Source: Tubulanus polymorphus (taxonomy: Eukaryota; Animalia; Nemertea). Taken from it: 64,000 nucleotides of DNA. Shown here one piece after another: positions 38,862-61,786 of this stretch (position 1 is the stretch's first letter; every line of letters starts with the position of its first letter). Position numbers and translations under genes: made by a program. Where the stretch lies: NCBI RefSeq assembly GCF_964204645.1, contig NC_134026.1, positions 10,253,950 through 10,317,949 on the forward strand, given 5' to 3'. The notes beneath the pieces are model-generated. The model worked only from the letters and a program-made list of their open reading frames with translations. It was not told where the DNA came from and did no database searches.

Positions 38862-39500
38862 AGGCGCGTTCATAGGACGTTATTCAGACCCGTCTTTACT
38901 GTATCGGACCAAGCGTTCACACGGGCAAAATTCCGTTCTAAATTGGTCCGATCCATTTTAGACCGGTCTAATTTGGACCGAAAGAATGAACCAGGTCCGG
39001 TCCAAATTGTGGAACGGACTAAATCTCTGTGTGTGGACAGAAACTGGTGGTACCAGGTCCGATAAATCGTACTCTGCAGTATGAATTCAACTAAACTCGT
39101 CAGCAATTCGTCATCAAGCTGATAAATATAGTCTTTAGATATCATTTCTATATTGCCTGAAATTAACGTGTACGCTAACGAATTATCATTTATCTTAAAA
39201 ATCTGAGCGTGTGTTGCTCGCAGGGTATTCCTTCTAATTGTTCTAAAAATTACTTAGATTGATGTGTCCAGATATATGCTAACTGCAATCATCAAGATTT
39301 ATCAAATAAAAGACTATTAGGGGCTCATAAATCCTTAGATATACATTTCGGGGTAAAATACAATAGCGACATCTTGCGGGCCCAGCCACAATAAGCTGTA
39401 TCCAATTCAGCAACATGTGGGTGAACGCACATTCAGATTTGGACCAGGCCTGGTGCGGGACAATTTAGACCGGTCTAACTAGTCGCCGTGTGAATACGGC
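38862..39500. mobile_element. Diverged Harbinger-like MITE with ggaccggtcc subrepeats
   Basis: Imperfect termini aggcgcgttcata / tgtgaatacggctt; repeated tagaccggtcta and ttggacc motifs. Confidence 0.5.
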
Positions 39501-42500
39501 TTAAGTCTCGTCGTTGTTGTTAGATTTTTCGTTTGGCAGACGATAGCCCGGGGAGTTTTCTGCTATTGCTGGGGTTGAAATCATTTATAATTGCTCCTCA
39601 TTTGCGATGAATTCAACGAAAACTGCGTGAAATTGGATCCTCGAGTAAGAAATGGATATTTCCACTTAAAAGTTACAATTCATAAATGTCCGTTTGGTGA
39701 ATCGAAAATAAATTCTAGTTTTCGGTGCTTGAATCGGCTTGAAAAGGTACGAAACGCTGGGGGCATCCGTGACCGTATGCCGGGAAAATTCAAATTGCCG
39801 AAACAGTCGAACGCGTATGGAGACAAACGCGGCAGCGTTAAGGTGACAATCAGCCGCACATCAAAATCATCATGTAATAAAGGTTGCATCAAGAGAAGTC
39901 TGTCGATTCTACACTGTCAAACAACTATTCCCGCGCGGGATAGTGATCTTTTGCTGTTTGGTATCTTTTGCCACCATCAGCAGCCACTAGTCAGTTACTA
40001 TAGGAACGATTTCCTTTATTAATATTCATGGCCACTGGCACGTAAGGTATTCACCGATCGATTGACTCGGTGGAGTGTGATCTTCGGTCCTGACGAGGAT
40101 GCCAACACCGGGTGCCACCTCTCGCGTCGACTGGACCTAATAAAACTTTGTCAACATTTGCTGGATTATCGAGAGTCACGTACACAGCAGTTCGCCTGAA
40201 CTAGGTTTCAAGGTAAGCAAAACTTTTCCGTTGTGATGTTATACAGTCTTACCTATATATGAAAAAATATATTACGCATCTGGTGTCCGAAGCTACAGTA
40301 TGATTATCACAATGTACGAAACATGACTAACATTTTTATTCAGGTTCGTAAATAGTTTTTAAACAGTTATCCGCGAGTGTACCGGTTTATCAACGTTAAC
40401 ACCCAGGGGATTTTAGTTTCTCGCATGCCAATAACGTCTCCCGTCAAACACAATGAAGTGGGCTTTAGACTATACTCTCACTCACTATTCTGTGAGTTAT
40501 ATGTATATGTTTTCAACGCAAATTCTGGATCTAGGATCACACAAAATCAAGAATCTTGAACTATATCATGAAAATATACATCACTACTATTTTTTTCCTT
40601 AAGATTACCACACACTATGTCGTATTTTAGCAGACAATCTTGCAACGCCGTTTAGTTTTCTACTCTATGAAAATATGTTTTGTAAAGCCGATAAAGGAAA
40701 TTATTTTAGATACATTTTTCACTTCGAAAACAGTGCGTTAAATGTTCCATTGTATACCAGAGATGACTGATATGATTTTACTTTGTTATTCGTCACGCAG
40801 TCTGTTCATATATTAAGTTTGTAAATATTTGATAACTATCACTTCAATCTCCCGCGCATTTCATTATAGTGTCAGACACAGGTCTACATTTCATAATTAC
40901 GACGAATGTTAGATCTGAGATAGTTGGAAAGATAATTGACTCGTAGCAGTTCTAATAATTTCGGCGAATTCAGGTTTTTCTGTGAATTTTTCAAACATTT
41001 TGATAGTGGATAATCTTTAGTTCAGGACTGTTTTGAAAATTTTTAATCGTAAAATAGATTAATGTGATTTACTTAAGGATTTTGCACAGGTCCAAAGTTA
41101 TCAAAAGAGCTGAAATCAATCTAATTGTGACTTTAATACTCACAACTGCGGAGTCCATTATTCGTCAACTCTGCTAAACTGCTAAAGGCCAAAATCAACG
41201 GGTTCACGTTTGTGCTTTTCACATGGTGGTGATGCACATTGAATTATATATGATCTTTTCCTCGTAGTAATACCCGGAAACTCCCCAAGTTATCATTAGT
41301 CAAACGAAAAATCTAACATTGACCAGACAATAACAACTCATCAATATTGAATGCATTCAATATGTTCAAACACTGATCGGAGGTTCAATATTATAAAACG
41401 GTATGCTTATCAAATTCATTCCGAAACTAGAGATTATAAACAACTGTCACCATTCATGTGCCTCACATGCATACGACTAAAAAAATACATAAAAGAAAAC
41501 CCTTACGATGTATATATTAAAAAACATCAACAGCTTTGGTCGCTTAGTCTGGGGCAGACAATCACGATTAGATTTAGTTATATTGTCATTTGGTTGCTGG
41601 ATAAAGTGATTGCGCGATACACTTCTATTTTTGAATTGAATGTGAAATACAAAACTAGTTTCATCTCCTGGAGGAGGTTTAGAAAAATAGTTACATCATC
41701 AGCGCTCGAAGAACACCTGCTTGCGTCGCTTTTGAATCGACGGATTTCTTGTTATCGCGCCGAATCGCGCAGAGCGGCAATCTGGGTTTGTGCGCTTTGT
41801 TTTTAGTCAAAAAGAACCACTCTAGGTGGGTGGAAGTTGTCGCACCATGTAACCGCACCACAACTCGATGTTTAATTTCCCGTCAATTCTATGCGAAAAG
41901 TACTTCTCCATTAAGGCTTTTCCATTGATTAACGTTTGATTAGAGGCCCGAGTGCAGCTATCGGTCTAGTAACGTGTATAGGAAATATGCTTAATAGTCA
42001 CCGCTGCGGTCGTACCGCCGTCAAAAATTAAATCATACCTTTCGGTCGAGACGTTTTTCTTTTGCACCAAAAGGAATTTGTGGAGTATTAATTACACAAT
42101 ACCACGATGTCTATCAACAGCTCATGTGATCCTAGGTTAATTTAAGAATTCGTCTCAGAGAACTTTAATTTCCGGTCTTGGATTTCTGTGTTAGAGTTTC
42201 TGTGACGCGTCAAAATGTTTTAAAATAACCAAAGTTATTTCTTGGTGTTGAAAATGTTTTTTTTTGCTGAGTCGGTCGAGTGTTAACTCCATCCATCCCG
42301 GTGACGACTGTGAATTTCACAGTTCATAGCTTAGGATTTAATTAACTTAAAACTTGTAACCCCGGGGTTTGACTTCTCAATTGACATGCATTGAGTTTAA
42401 CTCCGGGTTAAAGTTGACAATATTTCTAGATTAGAATAACCTCTTACAATAGACCATAACACACTCTTCGTTTGAGTTTTCGATTTGTATATATTCAATT

Positions 42501-43425
42501 TGTTAAATATGTTTTGGTGATGCATGTTCTCAGTAACAATTTCGCCAGTTTACTGAATACCTTATGTACATGGAAAAAAATCGCCTTTGTCTTTTGCTTC
42601 CTTTCTTCTGGCGTACAGTATTGATTCCGCCCTCGGTGTGCGTGCGGGGGTGAGTGTAAATTCATCGCAATTTTTGTTGGCAAAACGAATTTTTCATTGC
42701 AAATGGATGAGCGGTCGGCGACATCGAGATTGCCTCTCGCAAATGCAACGAAATTACGAGTCACCAGGCAAATACACGGGGCGTAATTGTCATATAAACT
42801 CGCGGATTAAGTCAATACAAAATTAAAACAGGCCATTAAACGCACGCTCGGCGCTCGTGTGTGAACAGATTCGCGGCAATTCTCTTCGTCGACATCATAA
42901 TATAACATATAGCTATTATTACATATTGTTTGATGCTGCGTCACACACACACACACTCACCCACACTCCGACCCGATGACGCAATGAAAGCGGTTTGAAG
43001 ATGGCTTCTTCTAATGCGTCTCCATATCAAAACACCATGGGAAATTATCTACGCATTTCAAAACGATAATCGAATTACATTTTTATTTCGTTTAAAGTGC
43101 GCTAGACAGCTTTCATTGTTTTTTTTATTCAATCACATTTGTTGCAAACTCAACAAATACAGAATGTGTTATTCATTTGTTTTAGCTTGATCTTTTTTGT
43201 ATGGAAATTGAATGCAAAGAAAGAAATTTTCATTAGAATTCATATTTCTACAAACTATGACAGTGATTCATGTATATACGTACTACTAGTGATTCATCCC
43301 TCGAATTAGGGCACCGCCATCGCATTGCCGGTTCAGGCTGGTTGGAAAATTATTCATTTGAACCGGATCGGAAATCCCCAATTATGTATGTACTTCGGTA
43401 ATCAAACCCTTTCTTCGTCTCCCGG

Positions 43426-43625
<200 letters not shown>

Positions 43626-46600
43626 CAAATCTACCTTTCCAAATAAGCACTGCACAAATCCGCCATGATTGTGAAACCGCGTAGAACAGAAAACTGTAAT
43701 GCGGTCAACTAATGTTAATCGAGTTCTCAACGTAGAGTCAACTCCGAAAACGCTAGGCATCTAAAAAAGAACGATTTTCCAAGAAATTTCTCTGCTTCGT
43801 TTTTATTTATGATCAATTTTCGCCGGATGTGTCTAATAATGCTTTGAAAGTATATGATGCGCGTGATTGCAAAAACACTGGCTAGTATACGCGCGTTTAG
43901 GTATAATCTTCGATCTGTTCTTGTCCCGTTCCGTTTTCATCGCTTAATTCATTCCCATCATGTCACTAGACCGCAACTCAAATTGTCATGTAATTTAGAA
44001 GTGATATCAGGTCGATAGCGAACCGTTATATATGCTAATAGCATCTAGAAGTGATCACCAGTGATTATTGCCAACACGTCATCAATGGCGCGGCCGGGAC
44101 ATGAAAAACTCAGATGGAGAGCTATCTAATATCTTTTAAAGAGATCTTACTATACATACTAAATTTAAGTCGAGAAGTTTCAGGGAATTACCTGACAAAA
44201 ACAGACATCTTACGATGCAAACCTAATATTCTAAAGCCCTGGTAAGAAATATGATATCGCCAGGGGACTTTGAGTGACCACACTATTACATATGTAATGT
44301 ATGTAAATCGTATATTGCCTGGTTCGTTGTAGAGGTGTCTTCCCATCTCATTTTAGTACTATTTTACTTACAAATATTTGTACATGATAAGATGAATAAC
44401 TAACTCAGTTTTTCATTACACAAAGAGCATGAAGCTCAAACCGTGCACTCAATGTTTTTACGGGCGGTATATGATTTTAACAACCACATAGGATGTAATG
44501 AATAATGGTAAATATTTTAGTATACCCTTTCGGGGATTCATTAACTAAATTCCTTATTTTTAACAAGAATTAAAGAGAATCTACCAAAATAAGGAATGTA
44601 TCGGACAAAATAAAGAATGCCAAATCTACTAATATATTACGTTGTGATACATTATTCTAAGAATTGCACCCACATGAAATATCAATCAGTTTTATTGGCA
44701 ATGATGATTTTGCACCTAACGATTACTGGCTAATTTCACGGCGCTTATATGATATCACCTGAATCAAAGTCTAGTCAATATGGCTTTCTTTTATGTCTCC
44801 ATACTCTTGAAATGAAAGTTGTCATTAATAAATCAATCTGAACGTCGCCATGTCAATCTCTTTTGGAGCAGTATTGCTACCCGCCGGCGCTACTCGGACT
44901 CGGTTCGTAAAGTAATGCCCGCTGCGTATTCATCGCTGCAATGCAGTCAGCGGCTTTTCAGCTTGCGCACTGGGCGGGTTTCCTGTTTTATAATTATGGA
45001 CTGGAGGAATAATACCCCCAGATCAATACCTTGAGTTATGACCACTCGTGATGGAGATTCATAAACACATTAAGAATAATATCACGCTTCTGTGGCGTTT
45101 GAACATTAATTAGCTTTTGTTGGATTTTCAATTAAACTATCGTTGACACGTCGTTCAAACATACTCTAAAACTTTGCATAATATGAGGAGAATTAATCTA
45201 ATCGTGAGAATTCTATTTCTACCAAATGCTAAATTACGCTTTGAAATAGAGTGGTTTACAACCACTATCTATCCTAAATAGGCGTATGTGTTGCAACGCC
45301 GGTTTCTATATATCTGTTTCATTGTGAAAATGAAACTTGTTATACTACATGGAATGGCGATAAACATTAAGCCCAGGATAGGCAAATCTCTGCCAAGGAA
45401 ATCAAGCACATTGCAACATCTTCCATACGCAGGAAGGTATCCCGTCGAAATGTTTGAATCAAGTTATTCCACCAGTCACATTTATGACGATAAGAGCGAA
45501 GAATGTCTACTGGTAAATTGTTTGAAAAAATAGAATTAAAAAGTCAACGAACTTCAAAGAAGAAATTCCTGCCTGATTTATAGCTTTTTATCTTGAAATA
45601 AGGATTTCCCTCTTATCTATTTGATTGGTAGATCTGGTTTGATTTGTTTTGAGTCAGCGTCCCTTACAAACCCATCACCACACCTGCCGGGAGCGAAACT
45701 GGAGGTTTGACTTCGAAATCGAAAATCTAATCGAAGTACAGATAAAGTTGAATGATCGGCGGTCGAATTCAGAATTCTTTGCTTTTACCCGAGGCTTACT
45801 TTCGTGTAGCATTGCCGAAAATTCATGGAACGAATTTTATATAACATTTTTAACCTGAAATTCACACGCTGTTAGACAAACACGGTTGTCGCCAAAGTTG
45901 TAAAGATCTATAGAAGGACTAGAGAGATACAATAAAAACCGAGAAAAAAATCACCCAGCAATTAATACGATTTACGGTTGTCTAGGTTGTAACCAGAAAA
46001 CTAACTTGAAAGTGTGTCGATGCCTTGAAAAATAACACATATATTGCGTAATATTGTCGACAATGAATAACATTTTAATGTGAATAATGTTTTATAAAGG
46101 ATCAATGAAGTTATTTTGGGTTTGTATATATTGATGATTGAATTGACCGACAACCAGTCTAGCAGCGATGAATTTATGACGTAGTGCACACCCTCTCAAA
46201 AAAATAGTTTTCCAAATTTATCAAAAATAAAATAAGAGTCATGGTAATACAACTAATTATAAGACAAACGCGAACATTCAGATTATTATAATTGTTATTT
46301 TGAAACGCCAAATCTTGTTGACGTAGAGCACATCGACTCGGACTCGCACATAGAAACCCTTTAGTAAGGCATTATAGGTTTCGACGTATATTAAAATTAT
46401 TGTAATGGTTTTTACGGTGTCAGAAATCTATAGGACTGGAGAAATAGAATAATTACTCTAACCCGATTTCCAGTTTCTTTTCTAGCGCCCTATATTTCTT
46501 CGAACTGGCGTGCGTAGAACAAACAGAAAGTCGTTTCGACACGTGGATCGTCACTTTTTCCCGCGCGTTTATCTTAACTTGCCCGGCGTAGCATCAATCA

Positions 46601-47274
46601 CATTTATCTGATGATGTTATTCGGTTTAGCAGTGATACCGTCCAGCGTTTGAATTATTTACAGGTATTCATTCGCTTATTCAACCTTGTACATTATAAAT
46701 CATTGCGGAACTTCACATGCCAGTGAATATACGAGCCCCGGTAATAATACGCATCTAAATATAGCAATTATCGCGCACGCTCTTGAATTACGACACAAAG
46801 ATATGAAACAGAATTTATCACTCGGACAGAAATTAATCACCAAGCCATTAGCGTCCATTCCACGAGCGAAAATGAAAACGGTGACTGTTTAATTTTCATT
46901 GAAGCGCTTTGCAATTTTTCTTCGGGACGTGGCGTCAGCAAATTTGCAATTTTGTTCGATCGGTGTCGTCATTGAAAGGCGCTGTTTGAAGAATGTCCAT
47001 TATTGCTGTTTTCAAATTCTAAGTCGAAAGGAACGATCGAAGCAGGGCGTAATGGAAATTTATGAGCGAAAATTTCGCCGCTGATCACAACACGATTAAG
47101 GAAGGCGATATTCCGATAAATCATTGATCGATGACGAAATGCGCGGAATATTGCGAGAGAACCGTTTCAGCATTTTAATTTTTATTTCCATCAACTTTTG
47201 GATTTCAGTATCGACATATCCGTTCATAATATTGTACAGGCGATCGTGTAACCGGCGACCGATTTAACATTAGC

Positions 47275-47780
47275 AATGTTTATTCATTTGAGCACCTGAA
47301 TCTATACAGTTACAGTGTATTTGACAAACTCAAGGTTTACAATTTAGACAATATGAGTGAAAAATACAATATACAAAATAACATAGCGGCGACTGCCGTG
47401 TTTACACGAATATTCTATCCATTTTACTTTACAAATACACAAGTTTTACAGTGTTCCGATTTTCCCTGTCTGCATGAGTGAGGAGAATTATACTGGTTTG
47501 GATACATTGAAAATTTACCGTCAATATACTTGGTCATCAATGTTTGGACGACATAATATATAATGAAATCCATCCCCTATAGCACTGTTGCAAATACGAC
47601 AAATCCAGTTTTCTCTGTTTACTTTCATACATCTACCAGTTTTAGGAAGTTTGTGATTACAAGTTCTTAATCTACTTAAACTAAATATCAGGTCATCAGG
47701 GATATCCGACGTGATAAGAAATTCTAGGCTACGATTATCTATAGCCGTTGCTAAAGTCGTAATACAACTCAGTATCAACT
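47275..47780 (-). mobile_element. LINE 3'-end fragment
   Basis: RLRTCNHKLPKTGR...ICRICNSAIGDGFHYILCR is the same C-terminal motif class as 4427-4741. Confidence 0.7.
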
Positions 47781-47904
47781 AATTGTTATGTGATACTAAG
47801 ATTTTTAAGTGAAGTTAAAAGAGTTCAACCACTTGAACATTTCAACCGTGTTAAGCAAATAAAAATAAAGTTTGAGTCACTCAATTTTTTTATTATCATG
47901 GTCC

Positions 47905-47972
47905 AAATCGTATTTCGCGATCCCGAGTGTCCACTAGAAAATCGTATTTCCCGATCCCGAGTGTCCACTAGA
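47905..47972. repeat. Tandem duplication, 2 x 34 bp
   Basis: aaatcgtatttc(g/c)cgatcccgagtgtccactaga twice, one mismatch. Confidence 0.9.
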
Positions 47973-48728
47973 TTTACTGAAAGAATTCACTCCAGTTACA
48001 GTCGTAGCGCTTTCCTTGAAGTCTTTGTAGAACAACGCACGCATGTGAGTCTATCAAATGATAAAAAAACAAGATATAGTTTTTCACGGTTATCGATAAT
48101 GATCCCCTCGGTAAAAAATAGATAAAATCTCCCTCCCCCCGTTGAATGGAGTGATAAATCTTAAGGTCATTTTTTTCAATATTGACATATTCTATGCCAG
48201 AAATTAACCGTTCATTAATACTAAATTGATACTAAATGTGGCCCAAGTCCACAATTTAGTGCAATGTTATATTATTTAGTTCAACTACAGTGTAGAGTTA
48301 CTTTTGGATTGAATCGAGGGATGACTGCGCAAGCTGAAATATAAAAGCAAGAAGAAGTATTGTAATATGGAACTAAAAGAAGTTTCATGAAAAAAGATCC
48401 TTGATTGGGGATTCATATTCTACAGCTGATGACACGCGACACCTTACATATAAGGGACAGTTGTACTACCAAATTGACTGTACAGGACAGTTGACCGTTG
48501 ACATCCTACACTCGAATTAGTAAGGGACACCAAATCAAAAAATCATACTAAATAAAATAAAATAAATTGGATCAATCCCTATTTTAAGATAAAAATCTTC
48601 ATCCGGAGGAAAAAATGCTCCGGTGAATAGATTATAGACGTGAGTCAGTTGTAGATCACAATATCGGCGTGATAAAACGATAAGAGTTAAATCCCAAAAT
48701 AAATGAATTAATGGCTAAAAACTCTTTT

Positions 48729-48818
48729 AAAATACTACGAATATTTCGGGTGGTTAAAGGGTCTCATTTTTAGATTACTGAAGGGTGTTAGTAACCACCC
48801 GAAATATTTCGAGTGTTT
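48729..48818 (+). mobile_element. Penelope-like inverted terminal relic with degenerate hammerhead
   Basis: atatttcgggtggtta is inverted with taaccacccgaaatat. The right arm reads A-CUGAA-GGGUG-uuaguaac-CACCC-GAAA-UAUUUC. Confidence 0.5.
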
Positions 48819-48994
48819 TTTATTTTCATATAGCGTAACTGTAAAAGGTTTTAGAGCAGCACCTGCTGAAAGTTTCCGATACTGACTATTATATTAAAGG
48901 GATATGTGCCCATCAAGCCGTTGTTTGAGTCTACGAAGTGGGAAAACCACATTTCATATTAATCTCACATTTTTTAAATAGTATGAATATTTTT

Positions 48995-49272
48995 CTATGG
49001 TTTTGTTTCTATTGTTCTAAGTTTTGAATTCTCGCACAGGAAAACAAAAAAATGGGCCATTGTAAAAAAATTTTATCCAGCTTCTAGCCAGTCAGAAATA
49101 TTTTTCAACTCGCGCGAGAAAACCAAAATGTTTTGAATTCTCGCGCGAGAAAACCAAAAGTTTTGAATTCTCGCGCGAGAAAACCAAAAGAACGGGCCAC
49201 TGTGAACATTTTTTCATCGTTGCTCTAGCCTTACAGAAAAATATATTAGTATGGCCCGAATCAGCCACCATA
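48995..49272. mobile_element. TATGGTGGCTGA-family element, right end with ~30-bp tandem subrepeats
   Basis: Terminus atggcccgaatcagccaccata; repeats of gttttgaattctcgcgcgagaaaaccaaaa. Confidence 0.6.
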
Positions 49273-51829
49273 GGTTTGCGGATATATATATATCAGCAAT
49301 TTCTGTAAATCTCAAATGGCCAACAAAGATTTATTCAATATGTTCCATTATTAGTTCCTACGACAGAATCAGCAGTATGGAAAGTAAGATCTAAATCTTT
49401 GATACGAAATGAGCCACCTCATAATATTAATGTTACTGCCATATTGGAGTAGTCATCAGCGCTTTGGTGAATGAATAATCGGATGTCACCGTTATGTCAG
49501 AATTTATAGATGGAACTGTGCTTTCGGGCATTTATGGGGCCGTTCGATCGCAATCAAACGGTCCTATATTAATCGTCACTCGTTGTCTACCCTTTTAATC
49601 AGATAATATTTTTGGCACGTCAGCAGCATAAAAAAGGAAATGTCACTTCGATTTTCAAAACCATGGCTGACGGGCTGTTTACCTACGCTACGATTAATCA
49701 TCTCACCGAGGGTCTTCGTCACATTCGGATAATATCCCTGTTATTGGATGGCGAGCGTTTGATCGAGCGCCTTCTCCCGGGAGACCGCAGGGCATGCGCC
49801 GGGTCAAAGGTGTTCCATTGAGTTTAGAATTTTAACAAATTAAAATAGCTGGCGTTCAAGACGTCAAATTAAATACGCCATAAGATTCAAATTGATTCAG
49901 CATTCCTCATTGATTTGCATGTTGATGTGATTGATATGGCATGATATGATATGATACGATACGATACGATACGATACGGACACTTGATGTTGTAAACCGA
50001 TCACCGTGTTACCCACTGTTTACCGGGGATGTGTAGTATCAAGGTTATAGGTGAACTATTGATACGTACTTGATGATAGATCCTTACGATAATGTATATA
50101 TGAATATATCTATGATATCCCTCGCACCGTGAGAAATCAAGAAGTCATACCTCTCTGATAAGTATATATAAAATCACAAATGCCTACGCTGGACGAATTC
50201 GTTCTACCGAAGGACATCTGAAGCGATATGATTAGCGTATGATTTATTTCTGATAATTAACGATGCGATGTTAGGGATCGTACGAATCAGAGTGCAACAT
50301 TTCGCCTGCCTTCACAACTGATTTGATTCGGAACATGGTGACCCACAGTGATTGCTTTAATTATCTTTCGGTAATGTACATTTCGTGTTCGACTTCAACC
50401 GCCACGCTGCGACTGCTTATGGATCGGGTCTTTTCCGTCCGATAACTGAATAGCTTGCTTACAATGTCCGTCTAATTACATTCACGGGCTCCAGCGACTT
50501 AGGTATAGATTCCTTAACGCGCGGCTGAATTTTCAAATAACGCGTAACTGAGAAAGAAAACTGCAGAAATGCGAGATGAACCACATCCATTGCTAATACG
50601 TTATATCCCTATAGGCCCGTGCAACCGATTTCCAGATCACCACCGGACCTATTCACTGGTCGTCCAAATTGGGAAGGTTCCTGGCTGAAAATCGGACCGA
50701 ATTAGCCGCGTACGACCGAATTGAAAGTCCCGTGGCGCGAGGAATATATGGTGGGTTTGTTTTGAATTTGGTTGGAACTGAATGATCCCTTGGAAAAACT
50801 ATGGACATCTGAAAATGTACGGATACAACTTCCGAATCCGGAATCAGATTAGAAGGGAGGATGGTGTGTATGTATAGAATGAGGACCTCGACGCTAGAAG
50901 GCGTGTCTCAAGCTGCTGCAGTGTCAAATCTAGACATATCCAATCTGTAATGTCATAAACACCCAGGGGTGCACCTACCAAGAGGCCGATATAGGGAAAT
51001 GAAGTCGGGGTCCAAAGAGAAAAGAGAAAAAGTAAGGGGTCACCTGAGATCCCATACAAATCGGATTCTCTCAGCTCCCATCACCAATCCCCACCATACC
51101 TTACTATCACTCAGTAAGTAATATAGTAACCAGAATTTTAGTTCAGTTCATGCATAACGACCACCCATGTGACGGGATTTTTATTATGTTTTACCAGTTT
51201 TTCAAAGAATTTGTTTCCACCTTTGGTTCCATTGTGAGGAGAGCATTTTTTCGGACAAGTCTATATAATTGATCAGCCCGTAGTAATGTTGGCAACTCCA
51301 CTACGAGTGTAAGAATCTATAGGTACGAAAGTTTAATATACATTAAAAGGAAATGTATCCGGAAAACGTGGGTGTAAACGGCTGTTTCCAAACAAATGGC
51401 CTTGGCAACTGTATATGTGTACATAAGATGAACTCCACCATATCAATATTTCATTGGGTGTTCAGGTAACACTGATTAGTTAACTACCTGCCTTGGCTGT
51501 CGTTTGTAGGACATACGGGTAAAAGTACAATTGTTTTAACTGAAAATCAAGGTGGTGCACGTTTAAATGCTCGATTGCAAGTTATTGTGGTGCGGCATGC
51601 CCACGTATCTCCGTTGTTGCGCACACGTCCCGTTTGGATGAATTACAGACCAAACATCGATGTGAAAACTCCAAAACGAGGCATTATATTCACGGCATGC
51701 AAACTAATGTGAAATGAAAAGACTTTGTTAATCAGTTTCATCCCACTTCATAGAAAGTCAACAAGCTCTTGCTTTTATTGACATACGATTACCGTTTTCC
51801 GCTGAAAGGCAATGGTTCTCGTTGCAGAG

Positions 51830-52200
51830 TTGTGTAAACAGCCCATGTCTTTATTTCCTGGCCACTCTAGTGCTGCCAGCGGCAAACAGGAGTGCGCCTG
51901 ACAGATTGGTTTCACTGTTAGGAAATGAATTTACTCGATATACAAACGCCGCCTGAAAATACCCAAATTATTTCGTTTCATGTGACCTTCTCCAAAAGTA
52001 TCGTCTACGCGAGCGATGACGTATGTGTGGGAAGACATGATGGATCGGAGCTCCGTCCAATTGACAAGGGTTGCGCGAAGACCGCTGTAATAACCTAGTA
52101 ATACCCAGTTCTCTTTACCTTGGTTGGTTTTCGCCATCATTCCATCGGTTCATCATGTAGCAACACGATCGACGCACGGTCTCAGTATTTCAGACATTGC
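51830..52200 (-). pseudogene. Possible decayed Tc1/mariner transposase fragment
   Basis: Across frameshifts, in the expected order: CQLDGAPIH (cf. QQDGAPPH), VDDTFGEG (cf. LDETFPGR) and LEWPGN (cf. WPxxSPDL). Confidence 0.3.
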
Positions 52201-54249
52201 GTACGTACGTTCGATTCCCGCGAGTGATTCCGAATGGATCATTCTGATTGCTGTTTAAGTCAGGAACCGGCATGATTGTCATTACTTAATATTCAAACTA
52301 TTATTGCTATCGTTGCCCGGGATTATGGCTAATCCACGGGAAAATGAACGTACCCTCAACGGCATAGGCAAGCTTGATATGGGCGTAAATGCCAATCGAC
52401 AAGACGTAATCTATTATTCGATGAAATTCGCATCTTGTCGGGAAATAGACGAAATTCTCGCGTACAACTTTATTTCTAGTTCATCTACGGCCAGATCAAC
52501 AAAGAATTTTTAAAATTGGGACTCAGAAAGAAACAGAAATGACAATATATATTGATGAATTAGCAGTTTGGAAAATAATTAACCAACTTAGAAATGCGAA
52601 GGTGAAAAACGAATGCATGCAAATAATTGGTATGGTACGTACCTCCGTACAATAACGGCGGATACAGGATTTTCGGATAGGGGCCAAGTTGAAGTGAATG
52701 ATTTTTGAAAATTGGATGTGTGGAAATGCTTTTCTTACCATTTAGATGGTAACTTATCTGTTTCAAATTGATGTGTTAAAATATAGATGATTCTACACTT
52801 TCTAGTTTTTTTTTGCGGTGGGCCCCTTAGGCCATTTTGTTTATAATAAGTTGGAATACGGGTTTGATGGATTTGAAATTAATTGCGAAGGCGGGAAAAA
52901 AATAAAAAAACATTTCTATTCTCAAAACATCGAATTCATCACTAATTCAGTGATCAAACAATTGCTTTATTTTGGAGGTCATTTTGGGATATTAGTACCT
53001 GTATATTTTTTCTGCCTGCACTCAAAACTGACGCAGCCATTTTTACAAGTGATGCTATCTACTGAACGAACTCGACAAATATATCCATTAGAACACCAGA
53101 TTGTCACAGCGATCTTTAATGAGTAATGTCAAAAGATGATGTGGTAGTGGAAGAAATTACAAATGTGTATTTTTATTTCCATATTTATGCTTAAGAAAAT
53201 AAGGGTGCGGCGGGAAAAATGAAAATAATTTTTTTAATACCTTGAATCGGAAAAGTTTTGTGGCAGATCCGTAATCCAACCAATTATAAAAAACGGCCTT
53301 AAATCATCTCCTGGCCATTTACATCAAAATATTAAGATAACATTTGACATTTAACACAGGCGGCGTAAGTTATTACGTTAGTACCTGGAAATTTATAAAA
53401 ATGCTTTTGTTCAATTAACTTAATCAAAAATATCTAGAATAAGTAGAAGCTACTTGATTGGCTATACGATAAATAACCATAAGAACATCTATTCAAAAAA
53501 TGGTTTTTCTGCTTTTATTGTTTCTGCTTTCTATATGTAGGTTTCGATGCTTTCTCTACGGAGCACGGAGGGAGGTGATATGGTGAAAAAAAATATATTT
53601 TCTTGTTCGTTCGAAAGAAATGATTTTCGAAAGATTATTTCGCCCCCAGGAAAATTTTTCACCATGCTCCTCTCCTCAATTCTATTCTCGATTTTACCTA
53701 TCCCTGCTTTTACAACAAATGCAGTGGACTATATTTATGCACGAAATCATATCATCAATCTTGATAACTTTCATTTAATTATCTGATATAGAGCAAATGA
53801 CATTTTACTCTTTCGTATCAAACCTTATCTAACTGAATGATATTTTGAATTTTCCGTCGAATTATCATGATAAATTTAATGAAATCATCACCAGCTTGAA
53901 AGTAATAAATACAATTTCTTTACTTCTCAAAATTTTTTTAATTCTTGTGTGATCATTGTGATTATTAACCAGCTCCAAGTTGAGAGAGAGAGGAACAATC
54001 TCTTTCTTATATGTTTGAAACCTTTTTCTTTTCGTCGGGAATGAAGTTGTCATATTTGAGTCAGAAAAACCTACTACCCTCAAAATAATGAACTTTAGGG
54101 GGTCGTGATACTAAAACCCCCTTAGAGATGCATCTGTCTGGAAGTTATGACACGCAAAAACTTAAATTCTTGACTCGTTCATTATCTTCTTTACACTTCG
54201 ACACTTTGACACTTCGGCATCTAATTTCAGCGATCGATAGCGCTACGCC

Positions 54250-61786
<7,537 letters not shown>

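Noticed and set aside
50740-51000. Coding-like stretch (HLKMYGYNFRIRNQIRREDGVYV)
   Set aside because: Weakly resembles a LINE endonuclease fragment with stops; too decayed to call.
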